Source of the DNA: Candidatus Pacebacteria bacterium CG_4_9_14_0_2_um_filter_40_15
Lineage (GTDB): Bacteria > Patescibacteriota > Microgenomatia > UBA1400 > PJMF01
NCBI GenBank assembly: GCA_002788675.1
Contig: PFRS01000001.1
Coordinates: 170,308 to 234,307 of the forward strand
Direction: 5' to 3'
Length of the DNA stretch: 64,000 nucleotides
The notes under the pieces are model-generated. The model ran no database searches. It saw only the letters and a program-made list of their open reading frames with translations, and was not told the origin of the DNA. A program made the translations under genes and the position numbers. Positions 29,460 to 39,077 of this stretch are shown here, one piece after another (positions within the stretch are counted from its first letter, which is position 1; every line of letters starts with the position of its first letter).

Positions 29460-30937
29460 CCCAAGCTACCATTCAGTACCCAACAGTTGCCAGTGAATAT
29501 GCAGTTGTAACCGCAGTAAATCATCCTCTAGTCAGAGCTAAAGGTTTTCAAACACTCCTTCCTAACGAAGTCGTTATTTTTGCAAATGGAGTGTTAGGTC
29601 AGGTCCTCTCTTTTGATGAACATGGCATCGACATCATGATTTTTTCTGAAACTTCTGTAGCTGTTGGAACCAAAATTTCCAGAACTGGCACTGAACTTTC
29701 ATTTCCCGTTTCAAAACTCAAGATGGGCACCATTTTTTCACCTTTAGGTGAAAGCATTTTTGGCACTGCCAATGCACAAAAAAATGAGACTTTCCGAACC
29801 ATATTCAGAACACCACCCGCTATTTCAACGCGAACTCGCATCACAGAACAATTAGAAACCGGCTACAGTTTAACCGACATTCTACTGCCCATAGGCTGTG
29901 GTCAGAGAGAGTTGCTGGTTGGCGACAGAAAAGCCGGAAAAAGTGACTTTGCTCGCGGTGTGGCGCTCACTCAAGCGCGCCTCGGAACCACTGTGGTGTA
30001 TGGCATGATTGGAAAAAAGGTTTCAGACATTAAACGAACCTACGACTTTTTTAAAAAAAATAAAATCCTCGATACAATTGTCATGATTGCTTCAACTACT
30101 CAGGACCCTGTAAGTACCATTTCGGTAACTCCAATGGCCGCCATGAGCGTAGCAGAACACCTGGTTGGTCAAGGAAACAATGTCTTACTCATTTTAGACG
30201 ACCTCACGACACATGCCGAGTTTTATCGTGAACTTTCACTCTTGGCAAAGCGATTTCCCGGTAGAGATTCCTATCCTGGCGACATTTTTTACCTGCATGC
30301 ACAATTATTAGAGCGTGCTGGCGTCTTTCTACAGGACGACAAAAAAGATGCAAAAGGCATTGCCCTCACCTGTTTACCTGTGGTGCGTACCGTGAACAGC
30401 GACTTAACCGACTTCATTACTTCAAACCTCATTAGTATTACCGACGGGCACCTCCTCTTTGATACAAAACTCTATGCACAGGGTCTACGCCCTGCTATCG
30501 ACACCAAGCTGTCGGTAACACGTGTGGGAAAACAAACACAAACACAGCTCCAACGAGATCTTAACCAAAAGCTAACCAGCTTTATTGCCGAATACAACAA
30601 AACCAAAAATCTTACCCATTTGGGCAGCGAAATTAGCAGACGAAGTCAGGATATTCTTCAAAAGGGTGACCTGTTTACAAGGTTTATGAGCGATTCAACC
30701 CAAGAAGCTCACTCTCAGACAGTACGACTCCTCATTGTGGGCATGATTTGGGCAGGATGGTTTACGAATACGCATGAGAACGTGTTACTCAGCTCTATGC
30801 ATCAGCTCAATAAAATGTATCAGACGAAGGACGTGGCAGCACAGCTCAACAAGATGGTGCTGGCCGAATCATTTGACGCATTCTTAAAAGATATTTCACA
30901 AAATGAAACTATGTTACGAGATATATGCCAGATATAA
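29456..30937 (+). CDS. atpA: F1 ATPase alpha subunit (divergent)
   Basis: PIGCGQRELLVGDRKAGKS, LDDLT.HA..YRELSLL, PGRDSYPGDIFYLH..LLERAG, ISITDG, SVTRVG. Confidence 0.93.
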   Translation: MTQATIQYPTVASEYAVVTAVNHPLVRAKGFQTLLPNEVVIFANGVLGQVLSFDEHGIDIMIFSETSVAVGTKISRTGTELSFPVSKLKMGTIFSPLGESIFGTANAQKNETFRTIFRTPPAISTRTRITEQLETGYSLTDILLPIGCGQRELLVGDRKAGKSDFARGVALTQARLGTTVVYGMIGKKVSDIKRTYDFFKKNKILDTIVMIASTTQDPVSTISVTPMAAMSVAEHLVGQGNNVLLILDDLTTHAEFYRELSLLAKRFPGRDSYPGDIFYLHAQLLERAGVFLQDDKKDAKGIALTCLPVVRTVNSDLTDFITSNLISITDGHLLFDTKLYAQGLRPAIDTKLSVTRVGKQTQTQLQRDLNQKLTSFIAEYNKTKNLTHLGSEISRRSQDILQKGDLFTRFMSDSTQEAHSQTVRLLIVGMIWAGWFTNTHENVLLSSMHQLNKMYQTKDVAAQLNKMVLAESFDAFLKDISQNETMLRDICQI

Positions 30938-31791
30938 AGAGTCTTAAACTCCAGCATGAATCACTGTCAACCATAAATGACTTTTTTTCTGCGTATCAAC
31001 GACTCACCATCTATCAAATGCAAAAAAATCGCACGGCCACGATTAATAGCCGTACTTTTTCTGATGGACTGATAGAAACCTTTATTGACGTTAAACAATC
31101 ACTTAAAAAACTGTTTGATTCGAGCAAGCATAAAGATAAAATTTCCTTCTCAACCCTCGAAAAAAATGGTAGATCAGTAGCTGTATTTATTTCATTTGAA
31201 ACAAAATTTTCTACTGAAGTATTTAGAAGATCATTCGCCCATTTTAAAGAAAGCATAGCTGAGGGAGACTATGAAATTGTCCTGTTGGGCAGCACGGCCA
31301 AACGACTTTTCAGTGAGTACTATCCCGAAGGCACGCCCTTCACCTACTTTGACATTTCCGAAAAAAATATTAACATTTCTGAGAAAAGTGAGTTCTTCGA
31401 GCATATTCTTAAGTATGAAACTGTGGAAGTCTACTATCCTTTTTTTGTGTCACTTCTGCAGCAAGAAGCGCAATCGAGCACTATCTCGGGTGATGTACCT
31501 GTTGGTGATACTCTTCTCGAGGCAGAGCGCCAGAACCGACGCTACTTTTTTGAACCAGATAAACAAATTATTTTACACTTTTTTGAAGTTCAAATTCTGC
31601 GTTCAATTCTGCAACAAAAAATTCGTGAAGCCCAGCTGGCAACCCTGGGTGCACGTATTACAACACTGCAGTACACCCAACAAAATATTGAAGAAGAATT
31701 GCATAAAGTACATGCCCTCACGCGCAAATCACTCAAAAAGCAATCAAGTAGAAAACAACGCAACAGATTAGCTGGTATGAACTTATGGTAA
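30925..31791 (+). CDS. atpG: F1 ATPase gamma subunit (divergent)
   Basis: N- and C-terminal coiled-coil helices, YFFEPD, EA....GAR; lies between alpha and beta. Confidence 0.75.
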   Translation: MPDIKSLKLQHESLSTINDFFSAYQRLTIYQMQKNRTATINSRTFSDGLIETFIDVKQSLKKLFDSSKHKDKISFSTLEKNGRSVAVFISFETKFSTEVFRRSFAHFKESIAEGDYEIVLLGSTAKRLFSEYYPEGTPFTYFDISEKNINISEKSEFFEHILKYETVEVYYPFFVSLLQQEAQSSTISGDVPVGDTLLEAERQNRRYFFEPDKQIILHFFEVQILRSILQQKIREAQLATLGARITTLQYTQQNIEEELHKVHALTRKSLKKQSSRKQRNRLAGMNLW

Positions 31792-31827
31792 GAATACTCT
31801 ATACTTACCTCAGAGCGAATCAAAAAT

Positions 31828-33540
31828 ATGGCAACAAAAGGAATAATTAAAGCTATCAGAAGCAACGTGACCGAAGTTGAATTTTTAGAAAATCAACCAA
31901 ATATTTTTGACGTGCTCACCGATCCCAACGATCCTTCTGTCCAGATCGAAGTGATCTCCTCTGCTGGCGATCAGCGCTATTTCTGTTTTATTCTTCGAGG
32001 CGAAAAAAAAATTACCCGCGGAACAGAAGTTATTTCTACCGAAAAACCACTTTCCATCCCAGTAGGAGATACCGTGCTTGGCCGAGCCTTCGACATTTTT
32101 GGCACTCCTCAAGATAGCGGCGCTGCACTTTCAACCAAAACAATTCGTCCAATCCATACTGGTGAGCGAACCTCCATTGAAGAAACCATAATTCCCTCTG
32201 AAATTTTGATTACCGGTGTGCGCGTGATTGATTTCTTTACGCCAATTCTTAAAGGTAGCAAAACAGGTCTTGTGGGAGGTGCTGGTCTAGGTAAAACCAT
32301 TTTACTGACCGAGCTGATTCATAATGTGGTCGAAACTAAAGCTACAAACAAACAAAACAAAGCTAACAAAACCGTCTCGGTCTTTAGCGCCGTTGGGGAG
32401 CGTTCTCGTGAAGCGCAGGAACTACTCGAAAACTTAAAAGACTCGGGTGTGCTGCCCAGCACAACCATGGTGATTGGACAAATGGGAGAAAACCCTGCAG
32501 TTCGTTTCCGTACGGCATCTGCTGCGGCCACCGTGGCCGAACATTTCCGAGATTCTGGTAATGACGTGCTCTTCTTTATTGATAATATGTACCGTTATAG
32601 TCAGGCTGGCTATGAATTAGCAACCTTAATGCGCGCTATTCCTTCTGAAGAAGGATATCAACCAACACTCCCTTCTGAAATTGGCACCTTGCACGAGCGA
32701 CTAGTCTCGAACAAGACTGCTCACCTCACCACCATCGAAGCCATTTATTTGCCTTCCGATGACCTGCAAGACTACAGTGTGCGCTCAACCTTCGACTACC
32801 TTGATAGTTACATTGTGCTCTCGAGAGATGTCTACCAATCTGGCCGCCTTCCCGCAGTCGATCTGCTCGACTCAAACTCGTCTGCTCTTGCTGTTGATGT
32901 GGTAGGAGAACGCCACTTCAACCTCTATTTGGAAACAAAAAAAATTCTCGAATCTGCAAAAGAAATTGAGCGAATTGTTTCATTGGTTGGTCTATCTGAA
33001 CTTTCAGTTGAAGATCAAAAAAAATACAAACGCTCTGTGCTGATCCAAAACTACATGACTCAAAACCTAGCAGTGGCCGAGCCACAAACAGGTCGTCCTG
33101 GTGTTTTTGCACAAGTTGAAACAACTCTTAACGATCTCGAAAAAATTCTTTCGGGCTCATTTGATGATGCTGACCCAGATCTCTTTTTGTACGTCGAATC
33201 TATTAAGGATGAGTGGAAAAATTCAGGTGGAGACTCAGCTGCCCCCAATTCAAGCGCTTTAGAGGAATCTCCCATCGCTATATCGACCGAAATCGAAGAA
33301 AACCAGCCTAAAACTGATCCAGCTGCCATTCCCATGGTACTTTCAGATAATGAAGCCAAAAAAATTGCTGCTGAAAAGCTAGCCGTGAAACAACGAAAAG
33401 AAGATAGCAGAACTATCGAAGAAAAGTATAAAACAACGCTACTCTCAAATGCTGAAGTTGCTGCCAAAACAGACATCAGCGAACACCTCGAAAATAAAGC
33501 GACTGAGTACACCCCAACAAAAATGGATTCCGACGAGTAA
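31828..33540 (+). CDS. atpD: F1 ATPase beta subunit with ~100-aa C-terminal extension
   Basis: GGAGLGKT, GERSRE, GQMGE.P..R, FIDNMYRY.QAG.E, PSEEGYQPTL, SELSVED (DELSEED-like). Confidence 0.95.
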   Translation: MATKGIIKAIRSNVTEVEFLENQPNIFDVLTDPNDPSVQIEVISSAGDQRYFCFILRGEKKITRGTEVISTEKPLSIPVGDTVLGRAFDIFGTPQDSGAALSTKTIRPIHTGERTSIEETIIPSEILITGVRVIDFFTPILKGSKTGLVGGAGLGKTILLTELIHNVVETKATNKQNKANKTVSVFSAVGERSREAQELLENLKDSGVLPSTTMVIGQMGENPAVRFRTASAAATVAEHFRDSGNDVLFFIDNMYRYSQAGYELATLMRAIPSEEGYQPTLPSEIGTLHERLVSNKTAHLTTIEAIYLPSDDLQDYSVRSTFDYLDSYIVLSRDVYQSGRLPAVDLLDSNSSALAVDVVGERHFNLYLETKKILESAKEIERIVSLVGLSELSVEDQKKYKRSVLIQNYMTQNLAVAEPQTGRPGVFAQVETTLNDLEKILSGSFDDADPDLFLYVESIKDEWKNSGGDSAAPNSSALEESPIAISTEIEENQPKTDPAAIPMVLSDNEAKKIAAEKLAVKQRKEDSRTIEEKYKTTLLSNAEVAAKTDISEHLENKATEYTPTKMDSDE

Positions 33541-33573
33541 GAGTTGTTAACACAGGGCTCGGTCCTACACACT

Positions 33574-33852
33574 ATGTCAAACATTCCAGATACATTTAAC
33601 CTTGTTGTCTACGACGAATCTGGCGAGCTCTTTTCAGGACCAGTAGCTGCCATTGAAGCAGTAAACGAAGCCGGACCCTTTAGTGTGCTCTCGGGGCACA
33701 CCAACTTTATCTCGGTGATTTCTGGATCGCTCGACAATAATAAACTAGTCATCCATTTTTTGGATGGCAACATGCGAGAATTTATTATTCAGCAAGGCGT
33801 TTTGAAAATATTCGAAAACGCCGCTGAAATTTTTCTGGTTTTTGAGACGTAA
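33574..33852 (+). CDS. atpC: F1 ATPase epsilon subunit, N-terminal beta-sandwich only
   Basis: GPFSVLSGHTNFIS and I..GVL; no C-terminal helices. Confidence 0.8.
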   Translation: MSNIPDTFNLVVYDESGELFSGPVAAIEAVNEAGPFSVLSGHTNFISVISGSLDNNKLVIHFLDGNMREFIIQQGVLKIFENAAEIFLVFET

Positions 33853-33864
33853 AGTGTAGCTGGG

Positions 33865-36342
33865 CTACACCACAACCAAGTTGATAATCTTACCTGGAAC
33901 ATAAATCTCTTTTTTAATCTCTTTGCCTTGTAGATACTTCTGAATTTCTTCGGTTGTTCGGGCTCTCTCAAGAATTCCGTCCTCATCAGCAATATCTTCT
34001 GAAGCTACCTCTAACTGTGCGCGCACTTTACCATTAATTTGTACCGGAATAATCACTGCTTGAGCCTTTGCCAATTCTGGATCGAACACTGGCCAGCTGC
34101 TGGTATGCACAAAGTCTGTGTCTGCAACTCCAGTAACTTGGTGGTACAGTTCATCAGCCAAGAAAGGCGCAAACGGTGCAAACATTTTTGCAACTATTTC
34201 CTTTTGGGACACTGTCATATCTGCCCCACTCTTTTGAGCTGCTTCCCAAGCATTACTAAGTTTCATCAGTTCGGCAATTGCCGTATTAAACTTCAATTTT
34301 GGAATGTCTTCAGTTACTTTTTTGAGGGTTTGGTGAAGCACTTGTGTGAGTGAAATATCTTCATCTTTAGTAGTTGTTGGTGAGCTAACCAATCGATTAA
34401 TGCGTTGCAAGAATTTATACACTCCAATCACCGCACGAACATCCCATGGTTTGTCTGCTTCAAGAGGACCCATGAACATTTCATACACCCGGAGGGTATC
34501 CGCACCAAATTTTTCGATAATTTCGTCTGGATTAATAACGTTGCCTTTACTCTTACTCATTTTTTTGCCATCGGGACCTAAAATCATGCCTTGGTGACGC
34601 ATTTTTCCGAATGGTTCATCAAAAGCTAAATGGCCTTCATCTCGAAGGAATTTAGTGAAGAAACGAGAGTACAACAAATGCAACACAATGTGTTCAGGAC
34701 CAATCATGTAGAGATCGACTGGCAACCATTTATTCAGTTGCTCTGAGATTGCCAAGCTTTCAGTATTTCGAGAATCAACGTATCGCAGGTAGTACCAACT
34801 TGAATCAACAAAGGTATCCATGGTGTCAAACTCTGGGCGCCAGCCTTTTCCATAGAGTTTTTCGGTGCGTGCAATAAATTCTTTTGAAGATTTAAGTGGT
34901 GACTCGCCTGTTGGATTGAAGTCGACATCGGTGGGCAGCTGCCAAGGCAAGTGCTCTTCTTTAACAGGATGTGGATTGCCTTCTGGATCGTAGACTACTG
35001 GAATGGGTGTTCCCCAATAGCGCTGACGAGAAATTAACCAATCGCGAAGACGATACGTAGTTACGCGCTTGCCAAAACCCTCTGCTTCCATGTGATCCAT
35101 GATTTTTTCTTGGGCTTTAGAGACGCTCAAACCATCCAAAAAGTCGGAATTCATGATCACGCCATCATCTTCATAGACGTGCTCGGTAGCAGTGATATCA
35201 GAGCGATCACCGTCTGTTGCTTCAATTACTCGAATCACTTCTATTTTTTCGGCAGAACTGGTTACCTGTAGGTTAACAAACTTTACAAACTGGAAGTCCC
35301 GGACATCATGGGCTGGTACACCCACCACGGCACCAGTTCCAAAACTACCTAGCACAAAGTCGGACACCCAAACCGGCATGTCTCGACCAGTTAATGGATT
35401 GACCGCATAGAGTCCCGTAAACGCACCAGACTTCTTCTTGCCTTCTTGCTGACGTTCGAGCTCTGTTTTTTTCTCGGCTGCTTCTAGGTAAGCGGCAACG
35501 GTGGCGTTTTCTTGAGCAACTTCAATGGCCAGAGAATGTTCAGGGGCCAACACCACAAAGGTAGCTCCAAAGTTTGTGTCTGGCCGTGTAGTAAAGCAGG
35601 TAATAGATTTGTCTGAACCTTTAATTGGATAGGTAACTTCGATTCCTGTTTTCTTGCCAATCCAGTTAAGTTGTTGGGCTTTAGTTGGCTCTGGCCAGTC
35701 GACGGTGTCGAGTCCTGAGATAAGTTCATCCTTGTACTTGGTAATCTGGAAATACCACTGTTTCATGTCTTTTTGAATAACTTCACTGTCGCAGCGCTCG
35801 CAGAGTCCTTCAACAACTTGTTCGTTTGCTAACACGGTCTGACACGAAGGACACCAGTTCACTTTGCCATCTTTTTGATACGCCAGACCCTTGTTGTAGA
35901 GCTGTAGGAAGATCCACTGAGTCCACTTGTAGTAGCCAGGGTTGTTGGTGGCGATTTCGTTGTCCCAATCGTATGAAATTCCCAAGCGTTTAATTTGTCG
36001 ACGGAAGGTGTTGATGGCGTTCTTGGTGGTTTCTGCCGGATGGACACCAGTTTTGATGGCATAGTTTTCTGCAGGCAAACCAAAGGCATCCCAACCTACG
36101 GGGAAAAATACGTCCTTACCATTCATGCGATCGTATCGAGCTACAATATCGAGGGCAGTTTTGCTTTCAACATGTCCCACATGCAAACCAGAGCCAGATG
36201 GATACGCAAACGCAAAGAGCAGATACTGCTTTTGTACCAAATCTTGACCTTTTTTTTGGGTACCAAGAAACAAGCGGGCCTCTTCCCAAGCGTGTTGCCA
36301 CTTGGTTTCAACTGCTGTGTGATCGTAGTACTCTTTTGGCAT
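33865..36342 (-). CDS. leuS: Leucine--tRNA ligase
   Basis: YPSGSGLHVGH, GWDAFGLPAEN, FTTRPDT editing domain, DWLISRQRYWG, KMSKS. Confidence 0.98.
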   Translation of the reverse strand: MPKEYYDHTAVETKWQHAWEEARLFLGTQKKGQDLVQKQYLLFAFAYPSGSGLHVGHVESKTALDIVARYDRMNGKDVFFPVGWDAFGLPAENYAIKTGVHPAETTKNAINTFRRQIKRLGISYDWDNEIATNNPGYYKWTQWIFLQLYNKGLAYQKDGKVNWCPSCQTVLANEQVVEGLCERCDSEVIQKDMKQWYFQITKYKDELISGLDTVDWPEPTKAQQLNWIGKKTGIEVTYPIKGSDKSITCFTTRPDTNFGATFVVLAPEHSLAIEVAQENATVAAYLEAAEKKTELERQQEGKKKSGAFTGLYAVNPLTGRDMPVWVSDFVLGSFGTGAVVGVPAHDVRDFQFVKFVNLQVTSSAEKIEVIRVIEATDGDRSDITATEHVYEDDGVIMNSDFLDGLSVSKAQEKIMDHMEAEGFGKRVTTYRLRDWLISRQRYWGTPIPVVYDPEGNPHPVKEEHLPWQLPTDVDFNPTGESPLKSSKEFIARTEKLYGKGWRPEFDTMDTFVDSSWYYLRYVDSRNTESLAISEQLNKWLPVDLYMIGPEHIVLHLLYSRFFTKFLRDEGHLAFDEPFGKMRHQGMILGPDGKKMSKSKGNVINPDEIIEKFGADTLRVYEMFMGPLEADKPWDVRAVIGVYKFLQRINRLVSSPTTTKDEDISLTQVLHQTLKKVTEDIPKLKFNTAIAELMKLSNAWEAAQKSGADMTVSQKEIVAKMFAPFAPFLADELYHQVTGVADTDFVHTSSWPVFDPELAKAQAVIIPVQINGKVRAQLEVASEDIADEDGILERARTTEEIQKYLQGKEIKKEIYVPGKIINLVVV

Positions 36343-36400
36343 GTGTTTCCTTTATATATAGTATCTGTTTGCGACGCGAGCGTTCGCATGTTTGTTATAA

Positions 36401-36507
36401 AAACAAAAAATCCCCTGGTGGGGATCATTTTTTTCTGTATGAAAAACCCCACTGTCTTAGTGTAACTCAAGAAGGAGTGAAAGAAGAAGGGTGTGTTTTT
36501 TCATACA
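36401..36507 (-). promoter_or_regulatory. Ribosome-mediated transcription attenuator of leuS
   Basis: Terminator ATCCCC-ACCA-GGGGAT-TTTTT (36425-36405); GTGGGG (36452-36447) can pair with its 5' arm; TGTATGAAAAA/TTTTTCATACA forms the competing stem. Confidence 0.8.
36457..36504 (-). CDS. Leu-rich leader peptide MKKHTLLLSLLLELH
   Basis: ATG AAA AAA CAC ACC CTT CTT CTT TCA CTC CTT CTT GAG TTA CAC TAA; 7 of 15 codons are Leu; 8 nt downstream of TGATATAAT. Confidence 0.8.
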   Translation of the reverse strand: MKKHTLLLSLLLELH

Positions 36508-36581
36508 ATCGAATTATATCACACTCATATAGATAGCTCAGACTAATGACAAGGCGCCCACAAGACATGTATACTGAGGCT

Positions 36582-37262
36582 ATGCAAATGGATAAGCGAC
36601 TTCCCTTTTTTATACTCAGTTTTGTGCTCATTGCCGTTTGGATCTCAGTTCCCTTCCTGTATACCTACTCTCTCCAGTTAGTGGCACTCACCTTTCTGCT
36701 TTTTATTTGGCTTCGTTTTAAACATAATCGAGAGAATGTTACTCAAATTATCCCCTCAAAAGGAAGCTCTGAGCTTATTCCCATTACAATCGTTTTTATG
36801 CTCCTTATCTCCGCTACCGGGAACACCCACTCTTGGGTGTACTCACTTACCTATGTGTATCTTTTTATCATGCTTTTCTCCCTGCCAAGAGGTACCGCAA
36901 TCATCATGGCCACCGGGACCTTATTACTCCAAGCCTTCTTAGTACACACATTTTCAGCTCAAGAACTCATTATTTTAATGAACATTCCAGTCATCACAAC
37001 AGTACTCCTCTTTGCAAAACAGCAGTATGAAAAAGCTACCCTCGAAGAGGAAATGCTTATGGAAGAAGACGAGCAACTTTCGTCCTCACTTACTGAAAAT
37101 GCTGCCTTGGAGTCATATATCAAGGAGTTTCTCTTACCTAAAACTGAGGTACTTTCGTCTCTAGAGGAGCCACAAACTGAACTCGAAAAAACACTCCATT
37201 CACAAATAACGTTGATCAGCACTGAGAGTCGAAAAATACTGGAGCGATCACAACAACAGTAA
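36582..37262 (+). CDS. Multi-pass membrane protein with acidic C-terminal tail
   Basis: About 6 hydrophobic segments; TATACT box 6 nt before ATG 36582. Confidence 0.75.
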   Translation: MQMDKRLPFFILSFVLIAVWISVPFLYTYSLQLVALTFLLFIWLRFKHNRENVTQIIPSKGSSELIPITIVFMLLISATGNTHSWVYSLTYVYLFIMLFSLPRGTAIIMATGTLLLQAFLVHTFSAQELIILMNIPVITTVLLFAKQQYEKATLEEEMLMEEDEQLSSSLTENAALESYIKEFLLPKTEVLSSLEEPQTELEKTLHSQITLISTESRKILERSQQQ

Positions 37263-37276
37263 CTATACAATTAACT

Positions 37277-38032
37277 ATGTCTACACGCACGCTCACCAGA
37301 ATTATTTTGAGCAGCCTTTGCTTACTCTGCCTGACGGCATTTTCTTGGCGCATATCTGAAGTTCAAGCAGAGCGACTAGAGTCCGACTCATACGTGATTC
37401 AATTTGGCAACTTCAACGTAACTTCCGGAGAAAAAAGTTCGAGTAACTACAACGTCACCGATACTGTTGGTCAAACCGCCGCCGGCGCGTTTGGAGAGTA
37501 CGGGACCTCTGGCTACTTTGTTGGGGCAGGTTTTCAATACATTTACCAAATAAAGACTTTTAGCTTCATCATTAGTGACCTCACTATGGATCTAGGAGAA
37601 CTAACTGACGGTGCCTTTGGCACTGACAATCACACTCTCGAGATAACTACACGAGGAGCTGGTGGCTACACAATCTATGCCTACGAACAACACCCCCTCC
37701 GCATTCCAACAACAAGCTACATAATTAATGATACAACTTGCGATGCAGGCACCTGTACAACCTCAGCAGCCAGTATTTGGACCAATCCCAGCATCGATGG
37801 CTTTGGATTCAATATTCAAGGTGATGACATTCCAACAGATTTCGTAAATAACACCTACTTCCGTCCATTTGCTAATGACGAAGCAGCAGCTACCATGCAA
37901 CCAGTAATGTCATCTTCCAATATTGCCTTGCAACGTACTTCGACGGTAACCTATCAAGCCGCAAAAGCCGGAGATACAGCCGCTGGTCAATTCCAAACTG
38001 CCGTAGTGTACGTCGCTGTACCAGGATATTAA
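37277..38032 (+). CDS. Secreted WxL/pilin-like beta protein
   Basis: Signal peptide, Cys pair, GFGF motif, C-terminal AGQFQTAVVYVAVPGY. Confidence 0.65.
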   Translation: MSTRTLTRIILSSLCLLCLTAFSWRISEVQAERLESDSYVIQFGNFNVTSGEKSSSNYNVTDTVGQTAAGAFGEYGTSGYFVGAGFQYIYQIKTFSFIISDLTMDLGELTDGAFGTDNHTLEITTRGAGGYTIYAYEQHPLRIPTTSYIINDTTCDAGTCTTSAASIWTNPSIDGFGFNIQGDDIPTDFVNNTYFRPFANDEAAATMQPVMSSSNIALQRTSTVTYQAAKAGDTAAGQFQTAVVYVAVPGY

Positions 38033-38034
38033 GT

Positions 38035-39000
38035 ATGAACAAAAAAAGAACTCAAAAATTCATTTCTGCACTAGCTCTTAGTGTGGTACTTGGCTTAGTA
38101 TCTTTGTACCCAAACTCTGTTTCTGCACAAGGTTTTAATCTTACGGTCACTCCTGAAGTACATTACATGCGAATAAAACCAGGCTCAAAGATACGTCACA
38201 CCATCACTCTCGAAAACAAAGGTGACGTAGCTCTGACAGTAACCCCCACAATCTATGACTTTGAAGCGGATGGTGAGTCTGGACGAGCAATCCTCAAAAG
38301 TGCCACCACATTCCCATATCTAGATCTCGAACACATTCAGAACAGCTCACTCACCATACCTCCACATAAACGAGCTCAGCTTGGGCTACTCTTTTCTGTT
38401 CCAGAAGATGCCCCCGAAAAGGAATACCCCCTTACGGTACTCTTTAAAAGTGAACCCGTGCAGTCTCAGACAGAGACTTCACAATCTCAACTAGTTGGTG
38501 CGATAGGAAGCAATCTTATTGTACTTATTTCTCAAGATGAACAAACTTCAGACTTAATAAATATTGATTCAATATCAATCCCCTTCTTTGTTGATAGTTT
38601 TAAAAAGGTTACCTTACAACCTAAGATAAAGAACAATCACTTTGCCGCTACAAACACAGCTGGAACGGTGATTGTGAAGAATATGTTTAACACTGAAGTT
38701 GCTCGATTTAATATTTTTCCAGATACAATCTTGGGATACAGTTCAAGAATACTTAGAGCCCTCAAGACAGAATTTCAACCAGATATCGAGCCAGAGGCTG
38801 TGCCTTTTGCATTTAAACCATCATTTCTTCTTGGTTTATATACAGTAGAAGTCAGCATTACTGCCCCCTATACCAGTGCATATTCTGATGAAGTAATTGC
38901 ATTCGACACTTTTACGTTCTTTGCAGTACCTATTATTCCAATACTGGTTGGGTTGCTGGGAATTGTGAGTGCCATTGGGTATGTGATATATAAGAAATAA
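38035..39000 (+). CDS. DUF916/WxL-interacting-like membrane-anchored protein
   Basis: Signal peptide, V.P....IKPG....ITLEN.G, VP.DAP..EY, C-terminal TM with Lys tail. Confidence 0.6.
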   Translation: MNKKRTQKFISALALSVVLGLVSLYPNSVSAQGFNLTVTPEVHYMRIKPGSKIRHTITLENKGDVALTVTPTIYDFEADGESGRAILKSATTFPYLDLEHIQNSSLTIPPHKRAQLGLLFSVPEDAPEKEYPLTVLFKSEPVQSQTETSQSQLVGAIGSNLIVLISQDEQTSDLINIDSISIPFFVDSFKKVTLQPKIKNNHFAATNTAGTVIVKNMFNTEVARFNIFPDTILGYSSRILRALKTEFQPDIEPEAVPFAFKPSFLLGLYTVEVSITAPYTSAYSDEVIAFDTFTFFAVPIIPILVGLLGIVSAIGYVIYKK

Positions 39001-39077
39001 ACTGGTACTTGAAGCCCACACCCTTTCCGTTTAGACTGGATCTAGGTCAAGAATTTGGTCGCTATTGTAGGTATGCT

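Noticed and set aside
27551-33852. N-ATPase or ordinary F0F1 synthase
   Set aside because: The order is not atpD-C-Q-R-B-E-F-A-G, and there is no subunit a and no c-subunit carboxylate in the window. An unlinked atpB/atpE cannot be excluded.
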